Part shown: piece by piece, positions 27,116 through 40,680 of the stretch | How the letters are laid out: each line of letters opens with the position of its first letter | Position numbering within the stretch: the stretch's first letter is position 1 | Source of the DNA: Octopus sinensis | Taxonomy: Eukaryota | Length of the DNA stretch: 64,000 bases | Direction: 5' to 3' | Assembly (NCBI RefSeq): GCF_006345805.1 | Contig: NC_043007.1 | Coordinates: 63,364,001-63,428,000, forward strand | Position numbers and translations under genes: made by a program | Notes under the pieces: generated by a model | Told to the model about the DNA's origin: nothing | The model's database searches: none | The model's input: the letters and a program-made list of their open reading frames with translations, nothing else

Positions 27116-27764
27116 ATATCATTATTATTAGTATTACAGATATTCTATAAAAATGTTAGCTTACACTGATTTTTATTACATTTCATATCTGAGACATTAG
27201 ATGTAAACAAACAATGAGATTGAAAGTGAAAAAGGCTAATGGGCATATATGCCTTTGGGAGTTTTTCCCCCTTCATTATCCATGAACACATTGCTTAAAT
27301 AGCAACTAAATACAGCAGTCTAACATTATTGGATATACCATTACTGTTATTATATCATGCTTCATGAAGTAGCCTCAACATCACTTATTTTTTTTAATTT
27401 TTAGAAATACTGAGCTGAGTGATGTTGAATAATACATGGCTTTCACTTTTAAGTACGAAGATCTTTTTTTTTTTTAATAGATTAGGAAAGAGTTAATCAT
27501 TTAATCCTTAAGCTTGACAAGAACAAACGTTTAAATAATCAATTGCAAACCCTACATCTACTTTGAAGAGTCAGAAAAATGAACCAATAGTGCTTTGCAG
27601 AAATAAGAAGTTTGTGTCAAAGAATGGAAACTTTTATCATCATGAAGAAACAGTCACTGGATAATAAATATTTAGTGCACGTGAACCAGAAAGGTATATC
27701 AATAATTTGGAGGCCACTATTAGTTTCAATGTATCTCTAAACAATAAGTAATATTAGAAATACA

Positions 27765-28095
27765 GTCTAGAGAGAGGAGAAGGGAGAGTGGGGAGAAGAT
27801 GGAGAAGAAGAGAGGGAGGAAGGAAGAGAAATGGGAAGCAAAAGAGAGAGACAGATATAAAAAAGTGATAGAGAGGGATGGAGAAAACAGAGAGAGAGAG
27901 AGAGAGACAGAATGACACATACACACACACTATATATATATAATGTGTGAAGTGGGGGGAGGGCAACAGAGGAAAGGAGATAGGTGAAAATAGATAGGGG
28001 TGAGACTGAAAGGGGTAAAAAAAAGTAGGATGGAGAGAGAAAGAGAGAGAGATGTGCACCCAAAGGTGAGAGAGAAATGGTGGGAGAAGCAAAGA
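27765..28095. repeat. Purine-rich low-complexity tract with (GA)n, (CA)n and (TA)n
   Basis: Direct reading. Confidence 0.85.
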
Positions 28096-29164
28096 GATCA
28101 AAGTGATCCATACCACATCATACACCAAAATTATATTATTATTTTAATGTATTTAAATAATTCTAATGATTCCCGAAACTGGAATTAAGCCATTGGGAAT
28201 TTCAGTTACATGTCTTACCCAAATAAAAATAAAAATACATAAAGTACAGTTTTGTTCACACACACACACATAGTTCACTAGATATATTAAAAGAGAATCT
28301 ATTTAATGTTGTGCTACCTTTCAAGTATATATACACAACTTTTATGATATAACTATCACTCTGAGAATACTACAATTAAGCACTAAAAAACAGTGATATG
28401 TGTACAGCAAGAAAGCCTATAAAGTTACTACTTAAGTAAAAAAGCAACAGCTTTCTAGAGTCACCATATAAGGTAGATTTAACAAAGATGGTTTCGACAG
28501 AATAGCAGATTGTTCAGCATTCCACGTGAGGGGCAACTGTGTAACCTAAGAACTTGAGGGTGGAGGGAATCAGTCTATAAGCAGCAACAAGAAAAGAAAA
28601 TAGAAGAAAAAAGAATCCATGAAAACACTCACAAAAACAAACAAAAAAAGCATTATTCTCCTGTTGAGGTACTCATCACCCTACACCCAATGATTGAAAT
28701 CACCCAATCAGTGAAAGAAAGAAAATAAATTAACACAAGAGAATTACAGTTAAATAAGCATGTTTTTTAGGTTCTTTTTTCCAAAAATAGGCAATGATTA
28801 TAATGAACTTCAAAAAGAATTTCTTTAAATACAAACAGAAATAAATGCATAAAGAGATAGCTGTCAATATTTGATAGCTCACATAGCAAATATTTTATTG
28901 AAGGTAAAGTAAGCATCAGGTACACTCACATCTTGGTAATTATGACATTTATGTTGCATTAATTTCTTGTCTTTTGCTATTGTCATTGCATTTTTTTTTA
29001 ATCATTTTATTTTTTTTTATAATGTTTCCCCGCTTCAGACACAATAGTCACTTTCTTAGGATAAATAAATAAAAACATTTAATATAATAAAATATTAATG
29101 GAGGTAATATTTGTCTAGTTCCCATTTGAACTCACCATGCTGGGCAAAGCAGGTACTTACATAT

Positions 29165-29580
29165 TCTTTACTTGTTTCAGTCATTTGATTGACTTCAACC
29201 ATGCTGAAACACTGCCTGAAGAATTTTAGTCAAACAAGTTGACTCCAGGAGTTATTTTTTAAACCTAGTACTTATTCTATTGGTTACTTTTGCTGAACCA
29301 CTAAGTTACAGGGATGTAAACACAGCAACACTGGTTATCAGGTGGTGATGGGGGATAAACTCAAACACATACAAATAAATATATATACAAAAGGCTTCTT
29401 TCAGTTTCCATCTACCAAATCCACTCACAAGGCTTTGGTCAGTCCAAGGCTATAGTAGAAGACATTTGTTCAAGATGTCAAGGCTATAGTAGAAGACATT
29501 TGCTCAAGATGTCATGCAGTGGGACTGAACCAGGAACCATGTAGTTGAGAAGCAAGCTTCTTACCACACAACCATGCCTC
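29165..29580 (-). mobile_element. SINE family B, long form, with internal 34-bp tandem duplication
   Basis: cttgtttcagtcatttga...ctagtacttattctatt...ggcttctttcagtttccatctaccaaatccactcacaaggc...; caaggctatagtagaagacatttg(t/c)tcaagatgt x2 at about 29445-29512. Confidence 0.85.
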
Positions 29581-29689
29581 TCTCTCTCTCTCTCTCTATA
29601 CATATATATATACACTAAATTGCCCACCTATAAGTTTCATGAGAATCACATTTCTTAAACTTCCTACCACGGAAGCATGTGCTGATGGA

Positions 29690-30470
29690 GTTATTTGTAG
29701 CCAATATTATGAACTTTGGTGTACCTCAAAGTTCAGGTTTGTCACCAACACCATTCAATGTGGACATTAATGATCTACTAACTATCATTTCCAATAACAG
29801 AAGTTCCTACCATCTACACATGAACAACATCATTAAAAACCTCAAAATTGCTACAAATATTGTACCTCATAATCTCTGATGATCACTTCAGATGATTTTG
29901 CACACATAACATCAAAACTGCACCACAAATACTATAATTCCTTGTTAGGAGATATAAAATATCTTAGTTTTATCAGTTACTGACATTCAAGTAAGATTCA
30001 CATTACAGTACTGGTCCCTTTTGTGAGTCAGTGCTACTGTTGCACAAGCACAAACATCCTAGAACACATCCAAAAGAAAGCTATAGGATTGATTAACAAA
30101 AACTAACACGCTTCCATCACTATCTCACAGATGTGCTTTTTTACCCCCTTTTTCTACCTCTTCTACCATGACTGCAATGGCCTCTAATCCTTTGAACTAT
30201 CTAGATTCAAACCCTAACCATCCAAGTTCATGTAACCACTTTTCACTTCTCTTCCCTTTACTCTTACTTGTCACCTCCTAGATTCCATACTAAACAGCAC
30301 TTCATTCAAGTTCTTCAGACACTGCAATTCACTGAAATTCTTATTCTCCTCCCTACCAATTTTTTTCATTCATTAAACTATAAAATGTTCAAAGTGAACT
30401 TCAACTGCATCAATCTGTCCCGTCTCAGGAACCCTGCAAAGGTCACTGGCACTGCTCCTCTTCCTTTGAC
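29690..30470 (+). pseudogene. Decayed LINE reverse transcriptase remnant (non-RTE clade, unassigned)
   Basis: ORF 29679-29879 NFGVPQSSGLSPTPFNVDINDLL resembles the RT motif GVPQGSxLSPxLFxxYINDL. Confidence 0.65.
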
Positions 30471-31269
30471 TAACTTAAAAGAACACTGTACCCTACAGAT
30501 TATTTTTTTTTAATTTGAATGAAATCATCACTAGTTACATAGTAATAATAAATAACTTCATTAATTAACTGTGGAATCCTACAGAGTAAAATGAAATGCG
30601 AGGCAAAGAGCATCAAGGTCATTAATATTATAATGCAGATTTCTTACACTGGAACATATTTGTAAGATAGAAGAACAGGAAACTGAATCAACCCCAGCAC
30701 TTATGTTACTGACCTGAAGATGTAGAAGGAGGAGAATAAATAATGTAAGTCATTAATGTATTGCTTCTCCATTTTTATGTAATAACACCAACAATAATAA
30801 TCCTAACCAAGTTTGAAATTAAAAGCCTTACTCAAAGTGCTGTTTATTTATTTTGATGATTCTAGAGGCTAAAAAGGAAATCTGACCCTGATAGGTCAAA
30901 ATTGTGTGATGTTAGATTTGATAGTATAAAGCATCTAAGCTTTCATACCAACATTTATGCCATTTTCTTATTCTCAATAATTGTAATATTAACGTTTTGT
31001 GCATAAACACAAGGTATAGTCAACTTCATCAATTTCAGTATAATAATAATAATAGTTATTTTATCAACTTTTTGGATGAAAGACAGAAACAACCTCAACA
31101 TAGTTGAACTCAGAGAAACAAAAATTAAGTTTTTGCCAACTTTCTGTCTTTATTGTAATAATAACAGTAAGCAACAAACTTTGCTCAACACTATAGTTTG
31201 TGCCAAGCAAGTAATGAAAATTTTGCTATTAAGCATTACATGCCTAATTGTTTCATACTTAAAATTTCT

Positions 31270-31723
31270 TGCAATGTTATTAGCAGTTCAAATATGCCAG
31301 ATTTGAACTCATAAACAAGCCATTCACTGTGTTTTGTCATGGAGAAAATTTCTTGCTGTTGACAAATGGTGTAAATACACCTAAATCAGCTTACAGTGCC
31401 ACCTATCCAGACTGTGAGAAGCAAGCATTTTGGAGTGGTTATATAAGTCCGAATGTGCTAGTGGCACATTCGGACTTGTAACATAAGAGAGATTGTCTCT
31501 CTTATCAGCTCACAGCACTACTGTTTGGCTTCTGTGACTGAAGAGATAACCTCTCTGAAATGCTTGCATCTCACAGTCTGGATAGGCAGCACTGTGAGCT
31601 GATTTAGGTGTATTTACACCATTTGTCTTCAGTAAGAAATTTTCTCCATGACAAAACACACTGAATGGCTGTTTACAAGTCTGAACGTGTCACTGGCATA
31701 TTTGAACTGGTAATAACATTGCA
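31270..31723. repeat. Long inverted repeat / foldback (MITE-like) with internal hairpins
   Basis: Arm at about 31270-31431 is the reverse complement of about 31558-31723 (e.g. aaatggtgtaaatacacctaaatcagc / gctgatttaggtgtatttacaccattt). Confidence 0.92.
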
Positions 31724-32817
31724 TTTATACACATCACTGCTTAGCACTCCCACCCTGTAATAAAATTTCGTGATTTATAGGCTTTACAAATTTACAAAAA
31801 TTTATAGGTATGGCTATATGGCTAAGAAAACTACTTCCTAACTATGTGATTTTGTGTTCAGGCCTACATTGGGCAAGTTTCTTCCATAGCCTCAGGCTCT
31901 TCAAAGCTTTGTAATTGGATTCAGTAGGTGGAAACTGAAGGAAACTTGTCCCAGATGTGTGTGTGTGAGGGAGAGAGAGAGAGAATTTGTATATCTCCTT
32001 CATTTTCACTGGTTGTAAACAATGGCTCACTGACAGTATCACTTGCTTTTTGAAATTAAAAACATATCTCCTGAAAAGTCATAAAATTTTGGGAAGACAT
32101 CTTATGAGTGTTAAAATGATTATTATTATTCTTTTATTTGTTTCAATCATTTTGACTGTGGCCATGCTGGAGCACCGCCAAATTTTCTTTATAGATATTT
32201 TATCACTCTCTTTGATTTTTCTTATTAACATATATGCCCTATGTTAAATTCAAACTAATCTGTTACAATATAATTAAAAAAAAAAAAAGAACATACTGAA
32301 AAACAATTATGTTTAGTACTACTACATGCTATATAAATAAATAAAGACTTCTAGATAATCATGTCAAGATAAAACAATAAAAAATATTTTATTGTTTAAC
32401 TTATCTAGAATACCAATGAAAGTGTGAGAAAGTGCTATGTTGATAGTTCTCAACTCTGTCGCAAGTTTTCATATTCTTGTCCCAAGCCTAGCTACAATCA
32501 ATTGATAATAATTTAGAATGAAGTATATCTAGAATTATCCAATGGAAAGTATTATTTTATGAAGGAGAGGGGAGATTAACAACTGCCAGTTCAAACGGAA
32601 TAACTGCATGACCTTAAGAAAAAGCACGTTTCTGCTTAAGGTCAGACATTATTTGGGTTGGATTGTGAGTGAATTTATATTTTCAGTTGGAACATATTTA
32701 ATAACAATAGAAGTCTCAGAATTAATTATTCAGAGTGTGTGTGTTAGTAAATAGGCCACTTGTATTTTCTTTTTCCTTTTTTTTTCTTTTTGATTTTCCA
32801 AAAGTTAAAGATATCAA

Positions 32818-33039
32818 CCCTTTTGATATCAACCCGGCTGAAACCGGCTCTGGCTCTGTAGTATAAATGTCTTGTTTTCATAAGTTTTGAATTAAAATCT
32901 TCCACCAAACCTTAGTGACAATTTATGTTCCTAACACTAGCTTAATGATAACTAAGTTATTTTACTAAATTCTTTGTTATGTTTAAAATTAATTGAAAGA
33001 AATACAGAGCATCTCAAAATAAATACATTAACAAAAGGG
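32818..33039. mobile_element. TTAA-type MITE
   Basis: tcaa|cccttttgatat ... attaacaaaaggg|ttaa. Confidence 0.7.
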
Positions 33040-33214
33040 TTAAGAGACTACTTCCTATAAAAAGCTTCTATATATTATTTTGTTTATGGGAAATCCTGTT
33101 AGTTGAGTTTGAAGTGATTGATTGCATAGATTCACTGATTCTGAGTCTGTTTTAGCAAAACTGATCAACATTAGGATATGTGTAAAACACAATTACAAAA
33201 TATAAATTGGGTAT

Positions 33215-33440
33215 CTTTTGCTTGTTTCAGTCAATAGGCTGCAGCCATGTTGGGGTACCATGTTGAATGGTTTTAATCAAACAAATTGACCCCAGAACTA
33301 ATATTTTAAGTTAGGTACTTATTCTATTGATCTCTTTTGTCAAACCAATAAGTTACAGGTACATAAACAAACCAACACCAGTTGTTAAGCAGTGGTGACA
33401 GGGACAAACACAGACTCAAAGACATACATGAATGCAAATA
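33215..33440 (-). mobile_element. SINE family B long-form body, partial
   Basis: cttgtttcagtcaataggctgcagccatg...ggtacttattctattgatctcttttg...acaaacacagac. A similar partial copy lies at about 50500-50660. Confidence 0.65.
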
Positions 33441-34533
33441 TATATATATATAATTCCATACTTGTATTTAAAAAAAAGATGTGAATTTAGTTATTTGGTA
33501 AAATCATAAGAATAGAGAGTTTATAAGCAGATGCTTTTGTTGCTAACTACTCAATAATTGGTGGAATTTGCATAACCTCACAGTAATTCATGTTAAATAA
33601 GTCTGTGAAATTATGAGTCTTACTTCAATTGTTAAAGCAATATCTGTAGCAGCATTTGAACCCATTGAATTGAAGTGCAATTCAAACATACAGGTTATAT
33701 TGATTCTTTTAGAAAAAAAAAAAAATTTTAGATCACTAAAAGTTGCAAAAGAACTATAATTTTTATCAGGCATTTTAGAATACAATTTTTTTTATCAGGC
33801 ATAATTTTAAAAAATGTGTGTGCTTATATGTGTACACATATAAGCACACATTCTTTTACTGGTTTCAGTCACTGAACTGCATTAATGCTTGGAGATTGAC
33901 TTCAAATTGATCAGGAAGGTGGATAAAATGCAAAGTCAATTTGATGCAAATGAAAAGAACTGAAATAGGTCAAAATATAAAGTTTTTTTCCATTTCACAC
34001 CAATTTTTGGCAGCCCATGTACACATATGTACAAACACATACATACACATATGCATATACTCCATGTACATAAATAAACTTATGTGTACACGTACACATT
34101 TTTTTTTTAACAAGGGAAAGGTTGACAGTAACTCTGAAGTTTTGTTTTACTAACCATCAATCAAACTGATGATGGCTTGTAAGCTAAAATTTCAAAGTCT
34201 CTGTCAACCTTTTCCTTATAAAAATTAAATATGATACTCTATTAAAATGGATTGAGTGAGTGCAACTGCTTTTTAATCATAATTCTACACGCAAGCAAAT
34301 AATGTCATCATTTTAACATCTACTTTTCCAAGCTCCCATGGACCAGATGGAATTTGTTGAGGCAGATTTTCCAACCTGTCACCAATTTCACTTGTTTCCC
34401 AGCAAGATGATATTTCTCCAAGACTGGACATATTTCTCTTGAAGATTGGAAATAAACAACAATGCTTGTATGATTTTGAAAATTTTACACAACTATTACA
34501 CAATGACAAAACTGTGTGTGTGTGTGTATACAT

Positions 34534-34714
34534 GCCTGGCTTTAAGAGCATTGCGAAAGTACCTGATTGGAGGCCCAACCTTTCAAGAAAAACTGAAGAA
34601 CTACTGCAATAAGTGTGAATCTGAGAGGGGAATGTGTTGAATAAAATCATAATTAACTGATCCCCCTGTAGTTTCTTTTACCAAAAACCAGGAACTTTTC
34701 AGTACCCCATTGTA
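34534..34714. mobile_element. Mariner-type MITE (left end truncated)
   Basis: Right TIR ccaggaacttttcagtaccccattgta; internal cctgattggaggcccaacctttcaag shared with 58866-59084. Confidence 0.7.
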
Positions 34715-37700
34715 TGTAAATGTGTGTGTATATATGTATGTGTGTGTGTGTAAATAGTAAGAGATTACCCCAAAACAATTACTGGCTTGCTCTCAGATAT
34801 TCAAAATAGGTTATTCAACAGTTAACATATATATCCAATAAAGTTCTTATAAGAAATTAGAGGTATATTCCATTGGATAATTCTGAATATATTTCTTTGA
34901 CCATCTAGGTTTTATAGTAGGGTTGTAATTGCAATGGTTACTAATCAGTGCAGTTGAAACCTGTGTTGGTCTATGTGAAGCTGTATATAAATTAAAGAAT
35001 TAAAGTAATGCTATGCAACTTCGTAGTAATCCTTATTATTAATATTGTTGATATATATATATATATATAATCATATGGTCAACTAGACAATTGGATGTTG
35101 TTATATATCACTGGTCATAATGCACTTTGCATAATTTTAGGTTTCAAATGATACCACTCAGCTGGCTAAGTAAGCAGGCTGATCATGTATATAAAGTTTG
35201 TCTTAGTCTTAGTGACAAAAATATACCACAATATCTATTATAGTTAAGTCACATCAATTATCTGTCTGTAAAAACTGATTTACAACATGAATGCAGTAAA
35301 TGCTTTAATTTTTTTTTTTGTTAATATCTATGTAAACATGCAAGAAATAAAGATAAGCTGTGTCAAGAATTTTATTATGACTAGTTAATAAGAAGCTATA
35401 GTTTAGAAGAATGAAAACAACAATTAATTTGCAAATGAATTCTTAATTCTTATTTCTCAAATGTTCTACTATACTGACAGCAATAAGTAGATTTAAATCC
35501 ACAAAGGAATAATTGCAATTAATAAATGAATTGTTTATTTTCAGAGACTAATTAGTGCTAGAGTAAGTACTAATCTATAGCATAGTATTTAAAGTAGAAA
35601 CAGAAGTTTGAGGAACAGCTGGTCTTGATTAACTGAATCTAAGTTTTCACAGAAACTGTTTAATCATGACTAGCTTGTAGTTCTCCAGCTATTCAATTAC
35701 CTACACATACGTCTGGTGGTACTAGGAGAGGGTGTACACAACAGAAAAGGTAGGCTACTTGATACCTTTGTTTCACGTTTGACACTGAGTTGCGATGCAA
35801 CATGAATAGCAAAATCAAGATATAAAAAGAGAAATGTCATGAAATATTGGAACATCACTGAATCTTACACCATGTTTGCTGAAGACTAGTTACCCTGACA
35901 AACTTACAATCATCAAATTATTGATCAAAGTAAAATTTATAGACATAAATGCTACAAGTTGCAATATTATTGCTTTTCTCTTATTCTAATATTATTGTCA
36001 TAATCAACTAATTATGAAAATTACCTTCAATAAAATATAAGAATTCAAGTTACAATAATAAAACTAAAATAAAACAAAAAAACCCAATTTTGTTCATATG
36101 GTTTCAATACAAAATTATGTTTCACATCATTCAGATCAGAAAGTGTTGTTAACAATTAACAGTGACATACAAGATGGTATCAAAAAGTTACCAGACTAGC
36201 TATGTTTAACAAAAAATAACTTATTTATTTAATACAGTTTAAGAGATGAGGAATTATGTACATTATTTATATTTGACGGATATTTGTCCTCATCTTGTTT
36301 GCTGTTAACACAATGTTTCAGCTGATATACCCCCCAGCCTTCATCAGGTGTCTTGAGGGAAATTTTGAACTTGGGTTCTCATTCCTAAGGTATATTTTGA
36401 TATTATTATTATTATTACTATTGTTCAGGTCACTGTTTGGAATCAAACTTGGAATCTTGGGGTTAGTAGCCATGCTCTTAACCACTACGCCATGTAGAAT
36501 TGGAATAATTGATTGAATTACAGTATTCTTTTGAAGATCTGATGTTTCAATGCTATTATGCAATCACCAGTGTAATGTAATCTTAATGATTGATTCAGAT
36601 GACAGCTGTACTCTTCCCATACAGGACAGCAGCTGTTCAACATAAACCCACAATTCCAAGATTTCCGGACATTGTACAACAGTTTCTCTGTCCTGCTCAC
36701 ATCTTGGACAAGTGAGTGAAGACTGACCTCAATGCTTTGCAAGTTTATCATGAACAGGTACGGTTCCTCTGTAACACTGCCAATCCAGGGACTTTTGGAA
36801 ATTATCCAAGGACCTTGTCTGGAATGTACATTTGAACAGGCCAGCTAGTTGACCATCGTCGAGACCCAGGGTGTTTCCCAGGGTATTGTCACACTTTGCT
36901 TCTACCAACCCTCTATAGAATGACATGGTGGAACCCTGACCACCAGCACCACCGGTGTGAAAGAGAAGATGGAAGGCTTGGCTGCATTTGACCTGCCAAG
37001 CCCCTGCTTTCGGTCTACACTTAATCCAAGAATTCAGTCCACTAAAACTAGTGAACTTAGGAAAAAAAATCGTCTCGACAAACGGAGACCACACCTGTTC
37101 ACCATCTAGAGTATATGATCAGTCAAGACACTACCTCCGAGTTTCAGACAAATATAGATAAATATTTGAAACTCAGAATAGTGTTTTCACTAGTTTCACT
37201 ACTATAATTATAAAAAATTTAACTATTTTCAAACATTGTATACATTATCTTTTGTTTTATAACATTTGTTTAACTATTACTCACTCTCTCTCTCACACAC
37301 ACACACACAAAAGAGAATTACAACAAGCTTATGAGCTTACTATTGTGCAAATTATTTCTCTGAAAAATAATGCCTTTATTTTTACTTCTTTTTTTTTACA
37401 AGAATGGTGACTTCACCAAAACATTGTTTTTTTAACCTTACTCTGCAGGATTGAACTCAGCCTCTTGAAATACTGAAGGAGACATTTGTAAAGCTTTTGT
37501 CTAGTTTTTTGCCTTCTGATTCATCTCCATGACAACAATAACAGGAAATAACATTTTAATCAATATTACCATGGCCTTGATTTGTCAAAACAATTCCGAT
37601 TTGTGTGCATGACAGGAGACAAGAATGGAATATTGCTGGGGCAATCAGATTTTGGCATATTTCTCATACCCATGATATTCTTGACATCCCCTGGAAGGCA

Positions 37701-38629
37701 AATCACAGATACATGTGACTCAGAAACAATATAATACTTATGGAAACATTCCTGAACTTTAGCTCCAGTGACTCAATTGTTACTTTAAAAGCTTTTTGTT
37801 TCTGTTTCTCATGTAGTCATATTCTAAAGAGAGTCGATTCAAATTCTCATAAAAGTGAACAAAAAAGGTCTATATGTTTTAGAACTACATTGGCAACACA
37901 TTCTGATTTTAATTACTCACAAAACATGCTTAATAGGCACTACCACTGTTTATTTCATGAAATATCACTTGCTTACACTGGACATGCAACCACAACAGAA
38001 GGTTGGAGTTAAACAAGTTTATGATCTAAAGATAAACATATACTTTCTGTATTATAAGAGTATGTGCAGCAATAATGATGGAACTGACAGCTGATCATAT
38101 TAAATAATGCATGAATAAATGAGTTATTGGCACGAAAGAAATCTCTATCTGAGTACCATCAGTTGCTGAAAGATTTACTTGAGTTAGTTGTATGAATTCT
38201 ATTTATCAAGTAAACCTATAATCATTTGGAAGTCTAATGATATCTAGTGAGTTTATAACCATCTAAAGCATTTAATGAGAAATTTAAGCCAATGTCATTA
38301 ATTAACACAACAAAGGAACAAAGAGTAATCTAGGTGTTTATCAAGGTTCTATTTTCTCTTTTCAAGAATTTAATACAACAAAATCAGCTAAAATGTTTAA
38401 CCCTTTTAATAATAGCCAGCTGCCTAAGACTATGTACTCTAAAATGTTCACATTTAAATTAAAATCTTAATCGAAAATACTCATTACTGTATGAATAATT
38501 ACATGAGGTCAATTCCAGCATAATAGATATCAGTATATGCATATATGTATATATATGTGTGTGTATATATATAAATCCTTAAAATCATTAAAAACGTTTT
38601 AGCCCGAAGGCCGCGGCCATGCTGGAGCA

Positions 38630-38631
<2 letters not shown>

Positions 38632-38688
<57 letters not shown>
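38632..38688. repeat. (TA)n microsatellite, about 28 units
   Basis: Direct reading. Other (TA)n runs at about 25012-25040, 45737-45770 and 55763-55785. Confidence 0.95.
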
Positions 38689-38691
<3 letters not shown>

Positions 38692-40290
38692 TAATTGAAA
38701 CAAATTTAATTTTTTAACATAAGGGGAAAATAAAAATGTATAAAAATAAAAATACAAAAAAAAGCATTTTTGCAGAATAAATGCTTTCATATTATAATTT
38801 AACTGGAAATATATTGGAATACATATTCACAAGTTTGATATATATGGATGTATATAGTGTTTTCGGTGGGTGTATGTATACATACACACATTGTATATTG
38901 AGTTTTTCTGTTTGTCCTACCAAATTTATATAGATTTTTTAAAACTCTTTAAAATTCTATTTTTATTGAAAATCAGTTTAGATACTTAAGAAGTCTAGCC
39001 AATGAAGTCTGGCACATAAATTAACATGTAATGTTGGTATAAAGTTTTAACTGAGATCACTTTAACAAGGAATGTTTGTGTCATAGAACCAGGGGTGATC
39101 AAAAAATGTTAAATATAAAAAAAGTATCAGGGATTATTATTGTCTAACCTCAGGGAAGTTCTAGTTGAGTAGAGCTTTGGCACAGTTGATTGAATAACTA
39201 AGTACAACCATCAGATTTGTTGTTCCAGATATACCAAGCCTCCATCTAACTGAGAACTAGATTTCACACTCCAACATGCAGTGTTGAGTATTACTAGATG
39301 CAGTGTAACAGTTGGTTATGTAATCCTTCCAATGTCCCGTCTATTTCTTCATGTCTTGTTTAACCCTAGGCTTACTCTGATGAGATAAACAATGGTCAAA
39401 GATGTTCCAGTCATGCTCATCCTATTTCTTTGCATATCAGAACATATCAGGTACTCTATTATCCAACGGGTCTTTTTGTTTAACAATGGTTGGGTGTGAT
39501 TTGAGGGAGATTTGATCACTATTTCTCAAAAACCATGTAAAGACACTACTTTCATCTAGACCATGATTTAGAGCTCTCATCATTAGTTCCTCTGTATACC
39601 TGGATTCTAGTGTGGGTAGGCAGGTGGTGATATTGAAAAATTTACTTGGTGTTGGAGTGTGGGATTGTTATTTGACATTGTCATGAGTTGGGATGTGGTC
39701 TGGTTAGTGTTATTACTGCTGCTATATACTGTTTGCTTTGTGGTTTATGTCAGATACAAATGCTTGCTAATTTTTTACTTGGTATCAAATAACTAAAAGT
39801 TTAACAAAGAAAATATATCAAGTTTTATTTCTGTTGTGTGCAATGTTGGTGTGTTGGTTTCAAAGTTATTTTTTAATTTTATCAGTTTGGCCATTTCTGT
39901 CATGTAGTAGTGGTTGTTTTTTTTAATTACCTTGTGATATATTTTGGATCCATCTATGATTATTAAAAGTAAGGGTTTCGAGCTAGGAAAAGGTAACCCA
40001 ATAAGAATAAATGAAGCTTCAGTTTAGCAAATAAGATGGGAAGAACACCCCATCCTTTTTTTTCTTTTTCTTACCGCATGCAGAAATATTGAAGAACTAC
40101 AAGATTTATGGCTGACCAATGTTTGATGCTTATTTACAATGAAGACAGGTTTGCAGATCAGTTACACTGGGGTTCCAGATACCTTTTAAAATGTTATTGA
40201 TGCAACATGCAAAGCAAAATATGTTTGGATTATGCATATGATCAAAAATACTGACCAATGTATTTCCCCCACCTTGAATTTTATACTGAT

Positions 40291-40680
40291 ACTAGCAGTA
40301 TCGCCTGGCGTTGCTCGGGTTTGTTTCAACCCGCTGGAATTGGAATTTTTGAAAAGTAAAAATTTTGCATTATGTAGCTTGTTATTCTCTTCAAGTGAAC
40401 ATTTTTCTGGTTGAAATACACCGAAAAGTAGTGACACAGCAGTGAAAAAAATCGTAAAAAATAGGGCTTTTCATAGAAAAAAGCACCTTTTTGATGTAAA
40501 TAATTTTTGGTGTTAACGTGGTCCGATTTGAATTTTATCTTCTACGGAAGGAAGAGCAACCCTTCTTCTATCATACTCTCAATTTTGGTCAACTTGCACC
40601 GCAGGGTCTCGGAGGAGATAGTGTTAGTTGAAGGCTACCAAACCTGGCGCACACAGACAACTTCAGCTTTATATAGAGAG
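40291..40680 (+). mobile_element. Non-autonomous Helitron/Helentron-like (DINE/HINE-type) element
   Basis: Starts actagcagtatcgcctggcgttgctcggg and ends cacacagacaacttcagctttatata next to (CA)n; termini typical of invertebrate non-autonomous rolling-circle elements; CpG-rich. Confidence 0.6.

Noticed and set aside
18539-28188. ORFs with SL, ER, VC, TH or YI repeats (e.g. 18539-18931, 21955-22149, 22841-23175, 27726-28188)
   Set aside because: They are translations of microsatellites and purine tracts.
28465-28680. Strong acceptor at about 28575 and a gtgagt donor at about 28630
   Set aside because: The acceptor leads to stops before a good donor; the 48-nt option upstream has a weak acceptor and a low-complexity end.
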